In this document: piece after piece, positions 43,656 to 55,608 of the stretch | Layout of the letters: each line of letters opens with the position of its first letter | Numbering within the stretch: position 1 is the first letter of the stretch | Source of the DNA: an uncultured Clostridia bacterium | GTDB taxonomy: Bacteria; Bacillota; Clostridia; Christensenellales; CAG-314 | NCBI GenBank assembly: GCA_947570215.1 | Contig: CANOTO010000001.1 | Location: 262,735 to 326,734, forward strand | Length of the DNA: 64,000 nt | Reading direction: 5' to 3' | Made by a program: the position numbers and the translations under genes | Notes under the pieces: model-generated | What the model was told of the DNA's origin: nothing | Seen by the model: the letters and a program-made list of their open reading frames with translations, nothing else | The model's database searches: none

Positions 43656-43907
43656 TTATTCTTCGTCGGACATATTGTCTATAAGCCATTGCACGTCTTT
43701 TATTACGCCGTCAAACCTTTGCTTAGACAGATTGTATTTATACACTTTTTTTCGCCATTGCTCGCAGCCGCCGTTTACGTCGGTCAATTTGTTTAGTACC
43801 GTGCAATAATAAGGTCCGCGATAAACCCAAAACGCAACACGCCCCTTGTAATAAACTTGCTTGCAGGCGTTGCAGCGAATACACTTATTATTCTTCATTC
43901 TGCCCAT
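43656..43907 (-). CDS. Cys4 mini-protein, paralogue 2 (83 aa)
   Basis: KCIRCNACKQVYYKG...(22)...C...(13)...CEQW followed by a helical acidic tail. It overlaps the end of paralogue 1 by 20 nt. Confidence 0.6.
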   Translation of the reverse strand: MGRMKNNKCIRCNACKQVYYKGRVAFWVYRGPYYCTVLNKLTDVNGGCEQWRKKVYKYNLSKQRFDGVIKDVQWLIDNMSDEE

Positions 43908-44160
43908 ACATATCTTCTTCCATTAGGCAGCGCAAGGCAGTTATCTGCAACAGCAGCTCGTTTAGATAATATCGTGTGCGTCCGTGTAATCTTTTGCCTA
44001 TACGTCGTTGTGCAAATTTTTCGCAACTATCCTTTACGTTAACCATTGTTCTCGTTTCCCGACAAAGCCCCGAATCCACGGGCTTAAACCGCTTGTCCCC
44101 TTTGATATAAAATCTTTCAAAAGCTTTACATACGCGACATTTTTCATTATCGTCTGTCAT
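43888..44160 (-). CDS. Cys4 mini-protein, paralogue 1 (90 aa)
   Basis: MTDDNEKCRVCKAFERFYIKGDKRF...GLC...DSCEKF... The start was set to the ATG at 44160, which follows GGGGGA. Confidence 0.6.
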   Translation of the reverse strand: MTDDNEKCRVCKAFERFYIKGDKRFKPVDSGLCRETRTMVNVKDSCEKFAQRRIGKRLHGRTRYYLNELLLQITALRCLMEEDMYGQNEE

Positions 44161-44186
44161 AATTAGTCCCCCTGACAAAACTAATT

Positions 44187-44228
44187 ATATCTCAATTTGA
44201 GATATATGTCAACATCTCAATTAGAGAT
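44187..44228. promoter_or_regulatory. Two palindromic operator candidates in the divergent intergenic region
   Basis: ATATCTCAA-T-TTGAGATAT (44187-44205, perfect 9-bp arms) and ATCTC-AATTA-GAGAT (44214-44228). They share the TCTCAAT / GAGA half-sites. Confidence 0.6.
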
Positions 44229-44259
44229 AATTATAATTTAAGAAAAAACACGAAAAATT

Positions 44260-44463
44260 ATGATACTACCGAGATTAAAAGAACTGCGCGAAGAACACGG
44301 CTTAAATCAACAACGAATTGCCGAATTACTGCATATAAAACAAAATACTTACTCTCAGTACGAAAACGGAGTAAGAGACCTGCCATTAGAATACTTGATT
44401 GAACTGTCGAAAATATATTCCGTATCCACCGATTATATTTTGGGGTTGCGAAACGATCTGTAA
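44260..44463 (+). CDS. XRE-family HTH transcriptional regulator (67 aa)
   Basis: LKELREEHGLNQQRIAELLHIKQNTYSQYENG is the Cro/C1-type HTH. Confidence 0.85.
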   Translation: MILPRLKELREEHGLNQQRIAELLHIKQNTYSQYENGVRDLPLEYLIELSKIYSVSTDYILGLRNDL

Positions 44464-44498
44464 AAAACGACTTGAAGCAAGCTTCAAGTCGTTTTTTT
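44462..44498. terminator. Bidirectional terminator
   Basis: AAAAAACGACTTGAAGC-AA-GCTTCAAGTCGTTTTTTT. Confidence 0.75.
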
Positions 44499-44535
44499 AT
44501 TATTAACCGCTGCACTGAACACATGAATTGTGCGG

Positions 44536-46326
44536 TTATTTGAGCAACTCGTATTGCGAATTATAAATCTTGGTATAAAAACCGTTCTTTGCCATAAGCT
44601 GCTTGTGCGTGCCTTGTTCTATCACTTCGCCGTTGTTAATTACAAGTATTACGTCGGAATTGACTATCGTAGATAATCGGTGCGCTATTACAAAGCTTGT
44701 ACGACCCTTCAACAATTCGTCCATGGCGCGCTGAATGAGTATTTCCGTACGGGTATCAACATTGCTGGTCGCTTCGTCGAGTATAAGCATTTTGCGGTTT
44801 GCAAGATAACTGCGCGCTATCGTCAACAGCTGCTTTTGTCCGCTGCTTATGTTTGTGCTTTCTTCGTTTATTACCGTATTGTAGCCCTGCGGCAGCGTTT
44901 CGATAAAGAAATCGGCGTGAGCTTTTTTTGCGGCTTCGACCACTTCGTCGAAAGTAGCGTCATCCTTGCCGTAGGCGATATTGTCGTAAACCGTCCCGTT
45001 AAAAAGCCATGTGTCCTGCAATACCATACCGAACTGTTCGCGCAGAGCCGCTCTATCCATTTCGGACGTATCCACGCCGTCTATCGTAATCTTACCTTCG
45101 TCGATATCGTAAAAACGCATAAGCAGATTTACTATCGTGGTTTTGCCGCCGCCCGTTGGTCCCACGAGCGCGACCTTCTGCCCTGCCTTTACCGTTAGGT
45201 TCAAGTCCTTGATAAGCGGTTTGTCCTTGTCGTAAGCAAAGTAAACGTGATCGAACACAACTTCTCCCTGTCCATGCGGAACGTCGCCCGAAATCGCCTT
45301 TGACATTTCTTCCCTGTCAAGCAGGGCGTATACGCGGTTGGCGCAGGCAAGAGTATGCTGAATAGACCCCATACCGTTTGCTATGCTCTCCAACGGTCCC
45401 GCAAACATTTTGGCAAGAAGTATAACTTCCATAACGTCGCCGACGCTTACGGCGTCGTTTATTGCAAGCAGTCCGCCCGCAATACATACCGCAACGTATG
45501 CGATATTGTTGGTTAGTGCAATTATGGGCCGAATAAGTCCCGATAGGTAGTAGCCGCGGCGAACCTTGGCGCGGTACTTGTCGGAAATCTCGTCGCAAAT
45601 TTTCTTTTGCCGTTCTTCCAAATTGAACGCCTTGACTGTGTCGAATCCCGTATAGTCTTCCTCGATGAAAGCGTACAAATTGCCGTTGACCTTTCGGAAA
45701 TCGTGCCAACTCTTTTCGCTTTTGGACGATATAAATGCCGACAGAAATATAGACAGAGGCACAAGCACTACTACGGCGGTTGCCATTATCCAGTTGATAG
45801 AATACAAGCAGTAGGTTATAACCACTATGCGCACTAAGCCGTTTAGCAGCGTTTCGATAATAACGTACACGGTGTTGGACATATTGGAAACGTCGTTCAT
45901 CATACGTGACAATATCTCGCCGTTGGGAGTACTGTCGATGAAGCTTACCGGCAGGCGTTGCAGCTTGTCGCTTATTCTTATGCGCAAGCCCTTGGTAAAA
46001 AACCGCGACGAAATGTTAGTCATAAGTACGGTCATAGCAATAGACAGCAATGACGAACCGACGTACGCCAAAGCAAGATTTACGGACAGACTGCCCATTT
46101 GCACAAAGTCGATAGGCGTGCCTTTTGCGCCGTAGTTGTATATCATATTGGTAAGATCGTTGACAATCCGAGGCGCGAGAACGCCAAGCCACACCGAACC
46201 GCAGCATATCAACCCGGCAATCGCTATAGCCCAAGCAATGGGCTTTAAGTCGCGGACTAACCGTTTAATTGTTCTCAATGCGGAATACTCTTTTTTCGTT
46301 TTGGGAGTTTTAATCTTTTTACTCAT
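44536..46326 (-). CDS. ABC exporter half-transporter (TMD-NBD) with a consensus ATP site; BmrD/YheH-like
   Basis: Walker A GPTGGGKTT, signature ISSGQKQ, Walker B MLILDEATSNVD. Confidence 0.9.
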   Translation of the reverse strand: MSKKIKTPKTKKEYSALRTIKRLVRDLKPIAWAIAIAGLICCGSVWLGVLAPRIVNDLTNMIYNYGAKGTPIDFVQMGSLSVNLALAYVGSSLLSIAMTVLMTNISSRFFTKGLRIRISDKLQRLPVSFIDSTPNGEILSRMMNDVSNMSNTVYVIIETLLNGLVRIVVITYCLYSINWIMATAVVVLVPLSIFLSAFISSKSEKSWHDFRKVNGNLYAFIEEDYTGFDTVKAFNLEERQKKICDEISDKYRAKVRRGYYLSGLIRPIIALTNNIAYVAVCIAGGLLAINDAVSVGDVMEVILLAKMFAGPLESIANGMGSIQHTLACANRVYALLDREEMSKAISGDVPHGQGEVVFDHVYFAYDKDKPLIKDLNLTVKAGQKVALVGPTGGGKTTIVNLLMRFYDIDEGKITIDGVDTSEMDRAALREQFGMVLQDTWLFNGTVYDNIAYGKDDATFDEVVEAAKKAHADFFIETLPQGYNTVINEESTNISSGQKQLLTIARSYLANRKMLILDEATSNVDTRTEILIQRAMDELLKGRTSFVIAHRLSTIVNSDVILVINNGEVIEQGTHKQLMAKNGFYTKIYNSQYELLK

Positions 46327-48040
46327 CGATACCGCCTCCCATTTGACTGTCGTATATTTCCTTGTAGGTTCGGCAGCTATTAAGCAGCTGCTTGTGCGTT
46401 CCTACGCCGACAATCCTGCCGTTATCCATAATGTACACTTTGTCACAGCGCATAGCCGTCGCCGAACGTTGGGTAACGATAATCTGCGTTTTGCCCGCAA
46501 GATATTTGTTTAGCTCCTTGCGAAGATTGGCTTCCGTAAGATAGTCGAGCGCAGAAAAACTGTCGTCGAATACGTACACGGATGCGGGCTTGATAATAGC
46601 GCGCGCTATATTGATACGCTGCTTTTGTCCGCCGGAAACGTTGCTTCCCGATTGAGTCAGCTTGAAGTTTAAGCCTTCTTCCTTGCCGTCGACGAAATCC
46701 GTCATCTGCGCAATTCTCAGGGCTTCCCGAACCTGTTCGTCGGTAGCGTCCTTGTTGCCCATTTTTACGTTGTCTGCCACCGTGCCTTCGAATATCATAC
46801 TTTTTTGTAATGCCACGGACACGTTGTCACGCACTATCGCGGGGGTAAGCTCGCAGTAATTCTTTCCGCCGAACGTGCGTATTCCTTGCGCAGAAGAATA
46901 GAAATCCAACAGCAGCTTGACAAGGGTCGTTTTACCGCTGCCCGTGCCGCCTATTATGCCCACTATTTCGCCTTCCGCAATATTCAGCGAAATGTTGCTT
47001 AGCGCGTTATTAGCCGACCCCGGATACGCAAATGATACGTCGTCGAAAGAAATGTCGCCCTTTAATACCTGACAAACGGAGTTGTCGGCTTCGACGTCCT
47101 TTATATCCAGTATGGCGGAAATTCTTTTCATACTGACCTTGATGTGCGGAACGAAAGATATCGTCCAAGACAACACCAAAACGGCGTTGGCAATAAGAGC
47201 TATGTACTGAATAGTCGCAAGGATGTCGCCCGCCTTCAACGACGGATTGGATTGTACGCGCAGCGCGCCGACGTAAATTATTACTACCGTAGCGACGTTA
47301 AGGAACAATGACGCTATCGGGCTTACCAGTCCGCTTATGGTATTTGCGCGGACAAAGCTGTTGTTCATCTCGTCGGTGGCCTTGGCCGTACGCTTGTGCT
47401 CGTACGCGTCCTTGTCGAACGCCCGAACAACACGCACGCCCGAGAGTCGTTCGCGGATTATACGGTTTTGCACGTCGGTGTACTCGTCGCCGCGCTGCCA
47501 GTGTTTTTCGAGACTGCTTGTAATAAGCGTAGTAACGATTAGAACCGCCACCGATATGCCGAGCAATATCAGCGGCAAGGCCCAATCGCCCTTGAAAGAC
47601 AGCGCAATGCCGCCTACAAACATTATGGGACAGGTTATCATCACGTACGGGATTTGCGAAATGGTTTCTTCCATCCAACCTATGTCGTCCGTCGTACGCG
47701 TTATAAGGCTGCCCGTGCCTATTTCGGAAAACTGCTCGAAGGTGAGAGTATTGACCTTGTTAAACACCGTTTTACGCATATTAACTGCTATTTTGGAAGA
47801 AAAATTACTGGATATGCGATTGGTTATCAGCGCGCAGGTTAATGCCGCAACCGCAAGAGCTATCATAACGCCGCCTTCCCTTAACACGTACGGAAGGTCG
47901 CCGTTTTTTATGCCGACTTCTACTATGTTACTCATTACGTAAGGCATAAACAGCGACGCAAGAGTAGACAAAGCGTATAGAACCATCAGCAAGACGATTT
48001 CTTTATAAAACGGTTTGATAAATTTGAGTAAATGCTTCAT
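46319..48040 (-). CDS. ABC exporter half-transporter (TMD-NBD) with a degenerate catalytic site; BmrC/YheI-like
   Basis: Walker A GGTGSGKTT, signature VSGGQKQR. Walker B reads VYVFDDSFSALD, with Asp where the catalytic Glu should be. Confidence 0.9.
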   Translation of the reverse strand: MKHLLKFIKPFYKEIVLLMVLYALSTLASLFMPYVMSNIVEVGIKNGDLPYVLREGGVMIALAVAALTCALITNRISSNFSSKIAVNMRKTVFNKVNTLTFEQFSEIGTGSLITRTTDDIGWMEETISQIPYVMITCPIMFVGGIALSFKGDWALPLILLGISVAVLIVTTLITSSLEKHWQRGDEYTDVQNRIIRERLSGVRVVRAFDKDAYEHKRTAKATDEMNNSFVRANTISGLVSPIASLFLNVATVVIIYVGALRVQSNPSLKAGDILATIQYIALIANAVLVLSWTISFVPHIKVSMKRISAILDIKDVEADNSVCQVLKGDISFDDVSFAYPGSANNALSNISLNIAEGEIVGIIGGTGSGKTTLVKLLLDFYSSAQGIRTFGGKNYCELTPAIVRDNVSVALQKSMIFEGTVADNVKMGNKDATDEQVREALRIAQMTDFVDGKEEGLNFKLTQSGSNVSGGQKQRINIARAIIKPASVYVFDDSFSALDYLTEANLRKELNKYLAGKTQIIVTQRSATAMRCDKVYIMDNGRIVGVGTHKQLLNSCRTYKEIYDSQMGGGIDE

Positions 48041-48196
48041 ACAAAATTCCTTGACTGCCCCGCGGCTAAAAAGCAGATTTGAACGAGAGTGCGCGCCGCT
48101 TTTATAAAGGGAAGTCTACACTACGCCAAGATTTTAGGCAATCAACGTATTGTTGAATAATCCTTATTACTTCTAAACCAAGCGTTGAGTAATATG

Positions 48197-48244
48197 CAAA
48201 AAAACAAAAAAATTGCGCTTCCCTTCAGACTTGTGGGAAACGCA
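48197..48244 (-). terminator. Intrinsic terminator inside the leader of the ABC exporter operon (candidate attenuator)
   Basis: On the - strand: UGCGUUUCCC-loop-GGGAAGCGCA followed by AUUUUUUUGUUUUUUU. It lies between the leader ORF and the ABC start at 48040. Confidence 0.65.
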
Positions 48245-48261
48245 TTGCAATGTACGATTAT

Positions 48262-48354
48262 CTATTTTACAATTACATATAAAAAAATCGGCGAGCAAAA
48301 GGGCTTCCACATATCTGTATTCGTTTTAAGTTGCAATATATCAAGTTTCGTCAC
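48262..48354 (-). CDS. 30-codon leader ORF upstream of the ABC exporter operon
   Basis: AAAGGAGGTGAGCAAACC-GTG. Hand translation gives MTKLDILQLKTNTDMWKPFCSPIFLYVIVK*. It is below the ORF-track cutoff. Confidence 0.5.
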   Translation of the reverse strand: MTKLDILQLKTNTDMWKPFCSPIFLYVIVK

Positions 48355-48394
48355 GGTTTGCTCACCTCCTTTGTATTTATGTTTTGTTATATTT

Positions 48395-48424
48395 ATATTA
48401 GCACACTTAACAAAGTAAAGTCAA
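48395..48424 (-). promoter_or_regulatory. Promoter of the leader/ABC operon
   Basis: On the - strand: TTGACT (48419-48424), 18 nt, TGcTAATAT (TAATAT at 48395-48400). Confidence 0.5.
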
Positions 48425-48444
48425 GCGTTAAATGGCAATTTGTT

Positions 48445-49005
48445 TTAACAAACTTGCGCGGAGGCGACAAGCGCTTCCTGATTGGAATTTTGTATTATTT
48501 CCATCATTTTTTCCGCCATTTTATCGACCACTAATTTGCCAAACGGGTTTTTGACGTAAATATGCGTAGCAATCCAACTGTTGCTTACTTCTTCTCCGAA
48601 TTTTTCGTTAAGCCCGGCAATTTCGCCCATAGGTCCGCTTATCCAAGCTATTATTATCGCAAATACCAAGTAAACGATAACAACCCCCAAAAGCGCGCCC
48701 ACAAGTCGGTTGATTATATTTATCGATCGTTTGCGCGTAATGATTTTACGCAGAATAAAGAATACCAGTCCGCAGGCAATCAACAAAATGAACGCCGAGA
48801 TAATGACGGCCATAAGCGAACGAATGCTATCGCTCATTTTGGCGGTCATCATCCATCCCTGCACTACGGGCGACAGAAACGACGTTCCCATTGTGACAAC
48901 AACCAAGCCCAAAATAGAGAACAGCGGTTTCAAAAAGCCCTTTATAAGCCCCAACACTATTCCTACGGCAAGCGCGGCTATAAAAATCCAGTCTAATGCG
49001 TTCAT
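48445..49005 (-). CDS. cvpA: CvpA-family membrane protein
   Basis: 186 aa with four TM helices. The N-terminus MNALDWIFIAALAVGIVLGLIKGF is typical of the family. Confidence 0.75.
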   Translation of the reverse strand: MNALDWIFIAALAVGIVLGLIKGFLKPLFSILGLVVVTMGTSFLSPVVQGWMMTAKMSDSIRSLMAVIISAFILLIACGLVFFILRKIITRKRSINIINRLVGALLGVVIVYLVFAIIIAWISGPMGEIAGLNEKFGEEVSNSWIATHIYVKNPFGKLVVDKMAEKMMEIIQNSNQEALVASAQVC

Positions 49006-49089
49006 ACCACTATTATACCCAACAAAGCGTTTTTGTCAACCGTCCGCAGGCGTTTTATATATCGTTTTGCCTGCCCACGCCCAAGCGAC

Positions 49090-50787
49090 TTACATCTTTT
49101 CGGGAGCTTCTATTCCGAGCAGCGACAAGCCCTTTTTAAGTACCGTTGCCGTCGCTTCCACAACCGTTAAACGCGCGTTTTGTTCGGACAAATTATCCGA
49201 CAGCACGCGGTGCTCAATGTAAAAACGGTTAAACGCCTGCGCTACGTCGATAAGTAATCCCGAAATTATGCTCGGTTCATACTTATACGCTGCGTCCTTG
49301 ACTGATTGCGGAAAGCTTGCAAGCAGCTTGCACAGCCGCAGCGTTTCGATATTATCCAATGCGCGGGGGTCGTGCGCTATCTTGGCGTAACGCGACATTC
49401 CCGCTTTTTCCAATATGGAGTTACACCTTGCGTATGTATACTGCAAATACGGGGCGGTTTCGCCGTCGAAGTTTAACACGCGGTCGTACGAAAATGTTAT
49501 ATCCTTGATTTTACTGTTTTCGAGAGCCGAGAATAGTACCGCGCCCACGCCCACCTGCTCGGCCACCTTGTCCTTATCCTTCAAATCCGGGTTTTTAGCC
49601 GATATAATTTCCTTGGAGCGTTCCACCGCTTTGTTTATAACGTCGCGCAGCAGCACCACGTTGCCGCGGCGCGTAGACATTGCGCCGTCTTCCAAGCTTA
49701 CCATTCCGTAAGCTACGTGAATAAGGTCCTGCGCCCAGGGGAATCCCGCAAGCTCCAACACCTTGAAGAACTGCTTAAAGTGCAGATTTTGCTGATACGC
49801 TACGACATACAGACACTTGTCGAAGTCGTACTCCCTCTTGCGCCATATAGCGGCTGCGATATCGCGCGTTGCGTACAGGCTGCTGCCGTCCGACTTGACA
49901 AGCAGACACGGCGGCATACCGTACTCCTGCAAATCCACCACCTGCGCGCCCTGACTTTCCGTTATGATTCCCTTATCTTTAAGCATTTTAAGCGGAGCGT
50001 CCATCTTGTCGTTGTAAAAGCTTTCGCCGTTCCAGCTGTCGAACTTGACGTTCAAGCGATCGTAAATCTCTTTAACGTCCGCGAAAGTAATCCGCTTAAA
50101 CATTTCGAACATCTCGGACGCTTCTTCGTCGCCCTGCTCAATACGCGCAAACCAGCTGCGGGCTTGCTCCGTCAATTCGGGGTTATCCGCTTCTTCTTGA
50201 TGAAACTTGACGTAAAGCCGCTGTAATTCCGCCACGCCGTTTCGTATGATTGCTTCGTCGTCGCCCCACAGTTTATAGGCAACAATCATTTTTCCGAACT
50301 GCGTGCCATAGTCTCCCAAATAGTTTATTCCTATTACGTTGTAGCCCAAGGCGGAATAAATCTTGTACAAGCTGCTGCCAATAGCCGTCGTGGACAAATG
50401 CCCGATATGGAAGGACTTACAGATATTAACCGAGCTGTAATCGATGCAAATTGTTTTGCCGTTACCTGCGTTATCGTCGCCGTAGCGTTCGCCTTTGCCT
50501 AAAACGTCGTAGATTGCGTCGTTTATCAGCTCTTGACGATTGACGAAAAAATTTAGATATCCGTTTACCGCTTCCGCCTTTACTATGTCTTCATCCGTTT
50601 GAACTTCGGCGGCAAGTTTGTCGGCAATGGCTGTCGGAGACATACGCATAACGCGAGCCAACTTAAAACACGGAAACGCATAATCGCCGAACGCGTCGTC
50701 CGCGGTCTCCGTTATATACGAAACAATCTCCGCTTTTTCAAGCGGAGCGTTAATTTTATCGGCTATAATTTGTTTGTAATCTTTCAA
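49090..50787 (-). CDS. argS: Arginine--tRNA ligase
   Basis: HIGH-type FHIGHL, the MSTRRG (KMSK-equivalent) motif, and a C-terminal DALR anticodon-binding region. Confidence 0.95.
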   Translation of the reverse strand: MKDYKQIIADKINAPLEKAEIVSYITETADDAFGDYAFPCFKLARVMRMSPTAIADKLAAEVQTDEDIVKAEAVNGYLNFFVNRQELINDAIYDVLGKGERYGDDNAGNGKTICIDYSSVNICKSFHIGHLSTTAIGSSLYKIYSALGYNVIGINYLGDYGTQFGKMIVAYKLWGDDEAIIRNGVAELQRLYVKFHQEEADNPELTEQARSWFARIEQGDEEASEMFEMFKRITFADVKEIYDRLNVKFDSWNGESFYNDKMDAPLKMLKDKGIITESQGAQVVDLQEYGMPPCLLVKSDGSSLYATRDIAAAIWRKREYDFDKCLYVVAYQQNLHFKQFFKVLELAGFPWAQDLIHVAYGMVSLEDGAMSTRRGNVVLLRDVINKAVERSKEIISAKNPDLKDKDKVAEQVGVGAVLFSALENSKIKDITFSYDRVLNFDGETAPYLQYTYARCNSILEKAGMSRYAKIAHDPRALDNIETLRLCKLLASFPQSVKDAAYKYEPSIISGLLIDVAQAFNRFYIEHRVLSDNLSEQNARLTVVEATATVLKKGLSLLGIEAPEKM

Positions 50788-50844
50788 AATTTTCTCCTAA
50801 CAATATGCGTAACGCCTTACACGGGCGTTACGCATTATTGAGTT

Positions 50845-53331
50845 TTATTCTGCGGCTTCTTCGTCGGAAAGCTCGTCGGCGACAGGACTCTCGGATACGC
50901 ACACTACCTGCGCGTCGCCCTTGAACTTCATTACCCGTACGCCCATGGTATCGCGGCCTATCTTGGACACGTCCTTGGCGCGGATACGAATGACAATACC
51001 GTTGTCGGCAATAAGCATCACGTCGTTCTCGGGGTCGATAAGCTTGAGATTAACAAGCTTGCCCGTTTTACTGTTGAACACGCCCGCTTTAATACCCTTA
51101 CCTGCGCGCGACTGCAAGCGGTAATCAATTAGGTCGCTGCGTTTACCGTAGCCCTTTTCGGAAATGGTCAGAACTTCACGTCCGTTACGCGCTATCGCCA
51201 TATCCACTACGTAGTCGCCCTTGTCTAACTTAATAGACTTGACGCCTTGCGCTTCTCTTCCCATAGGACGGACTTCTTCTTCGGCAAAGCGTATGCACTT
51301 GCCTTCGTGGCTCGCCATTAAAATTTCGTCGTAGCCTGTCGTCATATCTACGCCGATAAGTTCGTCGTCGTCCACAAGCGAAATCGCTATCTTGCCCGTT
51401 TTGCGAATGGATTCGAATTCCGTAAGGTTAGTTTTCTTGATAAGTCCTTGACGTGTTGCCATAATAAGATTGCCGCGCGAATCTTCCTTGCGGGGAATAA
51501 CCGCCGTAACCTTTTCGCCGTTATCCAGCTGAAGGATATTGACGATAGCCCTACCCCTTGCGGTGCGTTCTGCTTCGGGGACTTCGTAGCCCTTGATACA
51601 ATACACCTTGCCGCGGTTGGTAAAGAACAGCAAATCGTCGTGAGTATTGGTTATAAACATATTCTCGACAAAATCTTCTTCGCGCGGTTTATGAGCCGTA
51701 ACTCCCTTGCCGCCGCGCTTTTGCGTGCGGTATTCCGACACGGGCAAACGCTTGACGTAACCCAAATGCGTCATGGATATTACAACGTCTTCCTTTTCGA
51801 TAAGGTCGCCGATATCTATCTCCGAATAGTCGGTGCATATCTCCGTCTTGCGCGGTTCGCCGTATTTGTCGCGAATCTCGCCCATTTCGGTAACGATAAT
51901 ACTCGATACTCTTGCGGGCTTTGCCAAAATGTCCTTCAAGTCTTTTATCAAAGCGTCCAACTGAGCCAACTCTTGCTTCAAGCTTTCCACTTCCAAATGA
52001 GTAAGACGTGACAGCTTCATTTCGAGAATTGCGTTGGTTTGACGTTCCGACAGCTTAAATTCTCTCATCAACGCTGCGGCTGCGGACTGTTTGTCGTCGC
52101 TGCCCTTGATTATGGCAATAACGCGGTCGATGTTGTCGAGAGCGATTACCAAGCCTTCGATAATATGATACCTGTCTTCCGCCTTTTCGAGATCGAACTT
52201 GGTACGGCGTACGATAACGTCCCGCTGATGGTCGATATAATGCGACAGAATTTCTTTAAGCGACATTATGCGCGGTTCGCCGTCGGCAAGCGCAAGCAGC
52301 GTTATACCGTCGGAAACCTGCAACTGAGTGTGCTTGTACAACGTGTTTAATACAACCTGCGCGTTAGCGTCGCGTTTAAGATCGAATACGATGCGCATAC
52401 CGTGACGGTCGCTTTCTTCGCGTATGTCGGAAATTCCTTCTACGCGCTTGTCTTTTACCATACCGGCGATAGTTTCCACCAGCTTGGCTTTGTTAACCTG
52501 ATACGGAAGTTCCGTAACGATTATACGCTGCCGTCCGTTGTGTTCTTCTATTTCCGTCTTGGCGCGAACGAGAATACTTCCCTTACCCGTCTTATACGCA
52601 TTGCGAACGCCCACGCGCCCCATCATTATACCGCCGGTGGGAAAATCGGGCGCGGGGATAATCTTCATCAGTTCTTCGACGGTGATATCGGGATTATTGA
52701 GTACCGCTATCGCGCCGTCGATAACTTCGCCCAAATTATGAGGCGGAATATTCGTCGCCATACCTACGGCTATGCCGTCCGCGCCGTTTACCAGCAAATT
52801 GGGGAAACGGCTGGGCAATACAGTCGGTTGCATAAGCGTATTATCGAAGTTGGGATAGAAATCGACGGTGTTTTTGTCGATTTCGCGCAGCATTTCATAC
52901 GCAATTTTGGACAGCCGCGCTTCGGTATAACGCTGAGCCGCCGGAGGATCGCCGTCGACCGAACCGAAGTTACCCTGTCCGTCCACAAGCGGACAGCGTA
53001 TGGAAAAGTCCTGCGCCAAACGCACCAACGCTTCGTACACGGCGTAGTCTCCGTGGGGATGATACTTACCCAAAACGTCGCCTACGATACGCGCGCATTT
53101 ACGGTACGGCTTGTCGTTAAATAAGTTCAATTCGCCCATTGCGTACAGAATACGGCGATGAACGGGCTTTAAGCCGTCGCGCACGTCCGGAATGGCGCGG
53201 GAAACGTTAACCGCCATAGCGTAGGCGATAAACGATTTCTTCATTTCTTCTTCCATTTTGACGACTTTTACATTGGTTTTGTCCAATGCTTCTACGTAGT
53301 CGATATGATGATTTTCCTGTTGTTTAGCCAT
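50845..53331 (-). CDS. gyrA: DNA gyrase subunit A
   Basis: ...[18 protein letters not shown]..., active-site [10 protein letters not shown], and C-terminal beta-pinwheel repeats. Confidence 0.97.
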   Translation of the reverse strand: MAKQQENHHIDYVEALDKTNVKVVKMEEEMKKSFIAYAMAVNVSRAIPDVRDGLKPVHRRILYAMGELNLFNDKPYRKCARIVGDVLGKYHPHGDYAVYEALVRLAQDFSIRCPLVDGQGNFGSVDGDPPAAQRYTEARLSKIAYEMLREIDKNTVDFYPNFDNTLMQPTVLPSRFPNLLVNGADGIAVGMATNIPPHNLGEVIDGAIAVLNNPDITVEELMKIIPAPDFPTGGIMMGRVGVRNAYKTGKGSILVRAKTEIEEHNGRQRIIVTELPYQVNKAKLVETIAGMVKDKRVEGISDIREESDRHGMRIVFDLKRDANAQVVLNTLYKHTQLQVSDGITLLALADGEPRIMSLKEILSHYIDHQRDVIVRRTKFDLEKAEDRYHIIEGLVIALDNIDRVIAIIKGSDDKQSAAAALMREFKLSERQTNAILEMKLSRLTHLEVESLKQELAQLDALIKDLKDILAKPARVSSIIVTEMGEIRDKYGEPRKTEICTDYSEIDIGDLIEKEDVVISMTHLGYVKRLPVSEYRTQKRGGKGVTAHKPREEDFVENMFITNTHDDLLFFTNRGKVYCIKGYEVPEAERTARGRAIVNILQLDNGEKVTAVIPRKEDSRGNLIMATRQGLIKKTNLTEFESIRKTGKIAISLVDDDELIGVDMTTGYDEILMASHEGKCIRFAEEEVRPMGREAQGVKSIKLDKGDYVVDMAIARNGREVLTISEKGYGKRSDLIDYRLQSRAGKGIKAGVFNSKTGKLVNLKLIDPENDVMLIADNGIVIRIRAKDVSKIGRDTMGVRVMKFKGDAQVVCVSESPVADELSDEEAAE

Positions 53332-53343
53332 AGCTTATTCTCC

Positions 53344-55251
<1,908 letters not shown>

Positions 55252-55608
55252 TTACTCCTTTTTAATTAAATTTTGTTTGAGACGACGTCGAATTCGTCGC
55301 CCGCGCAACAATCGTTATTAACGTAAATATTATATCATATATCTTGTTATTTGTATATAAATTAAGGCACTTTTCTTAAAACATTTTGTCGTATGACGGC
55401 GTTAAACTATCCTATTTCGGCAAAACGCCGAAAACACGTATCCATACGCTTTCGCACAAAAGTCGCCGTAGCGAAAGGCTTACAGCCCCGAGCGCGCGAA
55501 GGGCGTTCGGAGCAAACGAATATGCCGCTTCGATTTCGACGGATAAACACACGCGGCATATTGAAACAAAAGGTTGAATTATAGCTTGAATTGTGTTATA
55601 CTGACACT

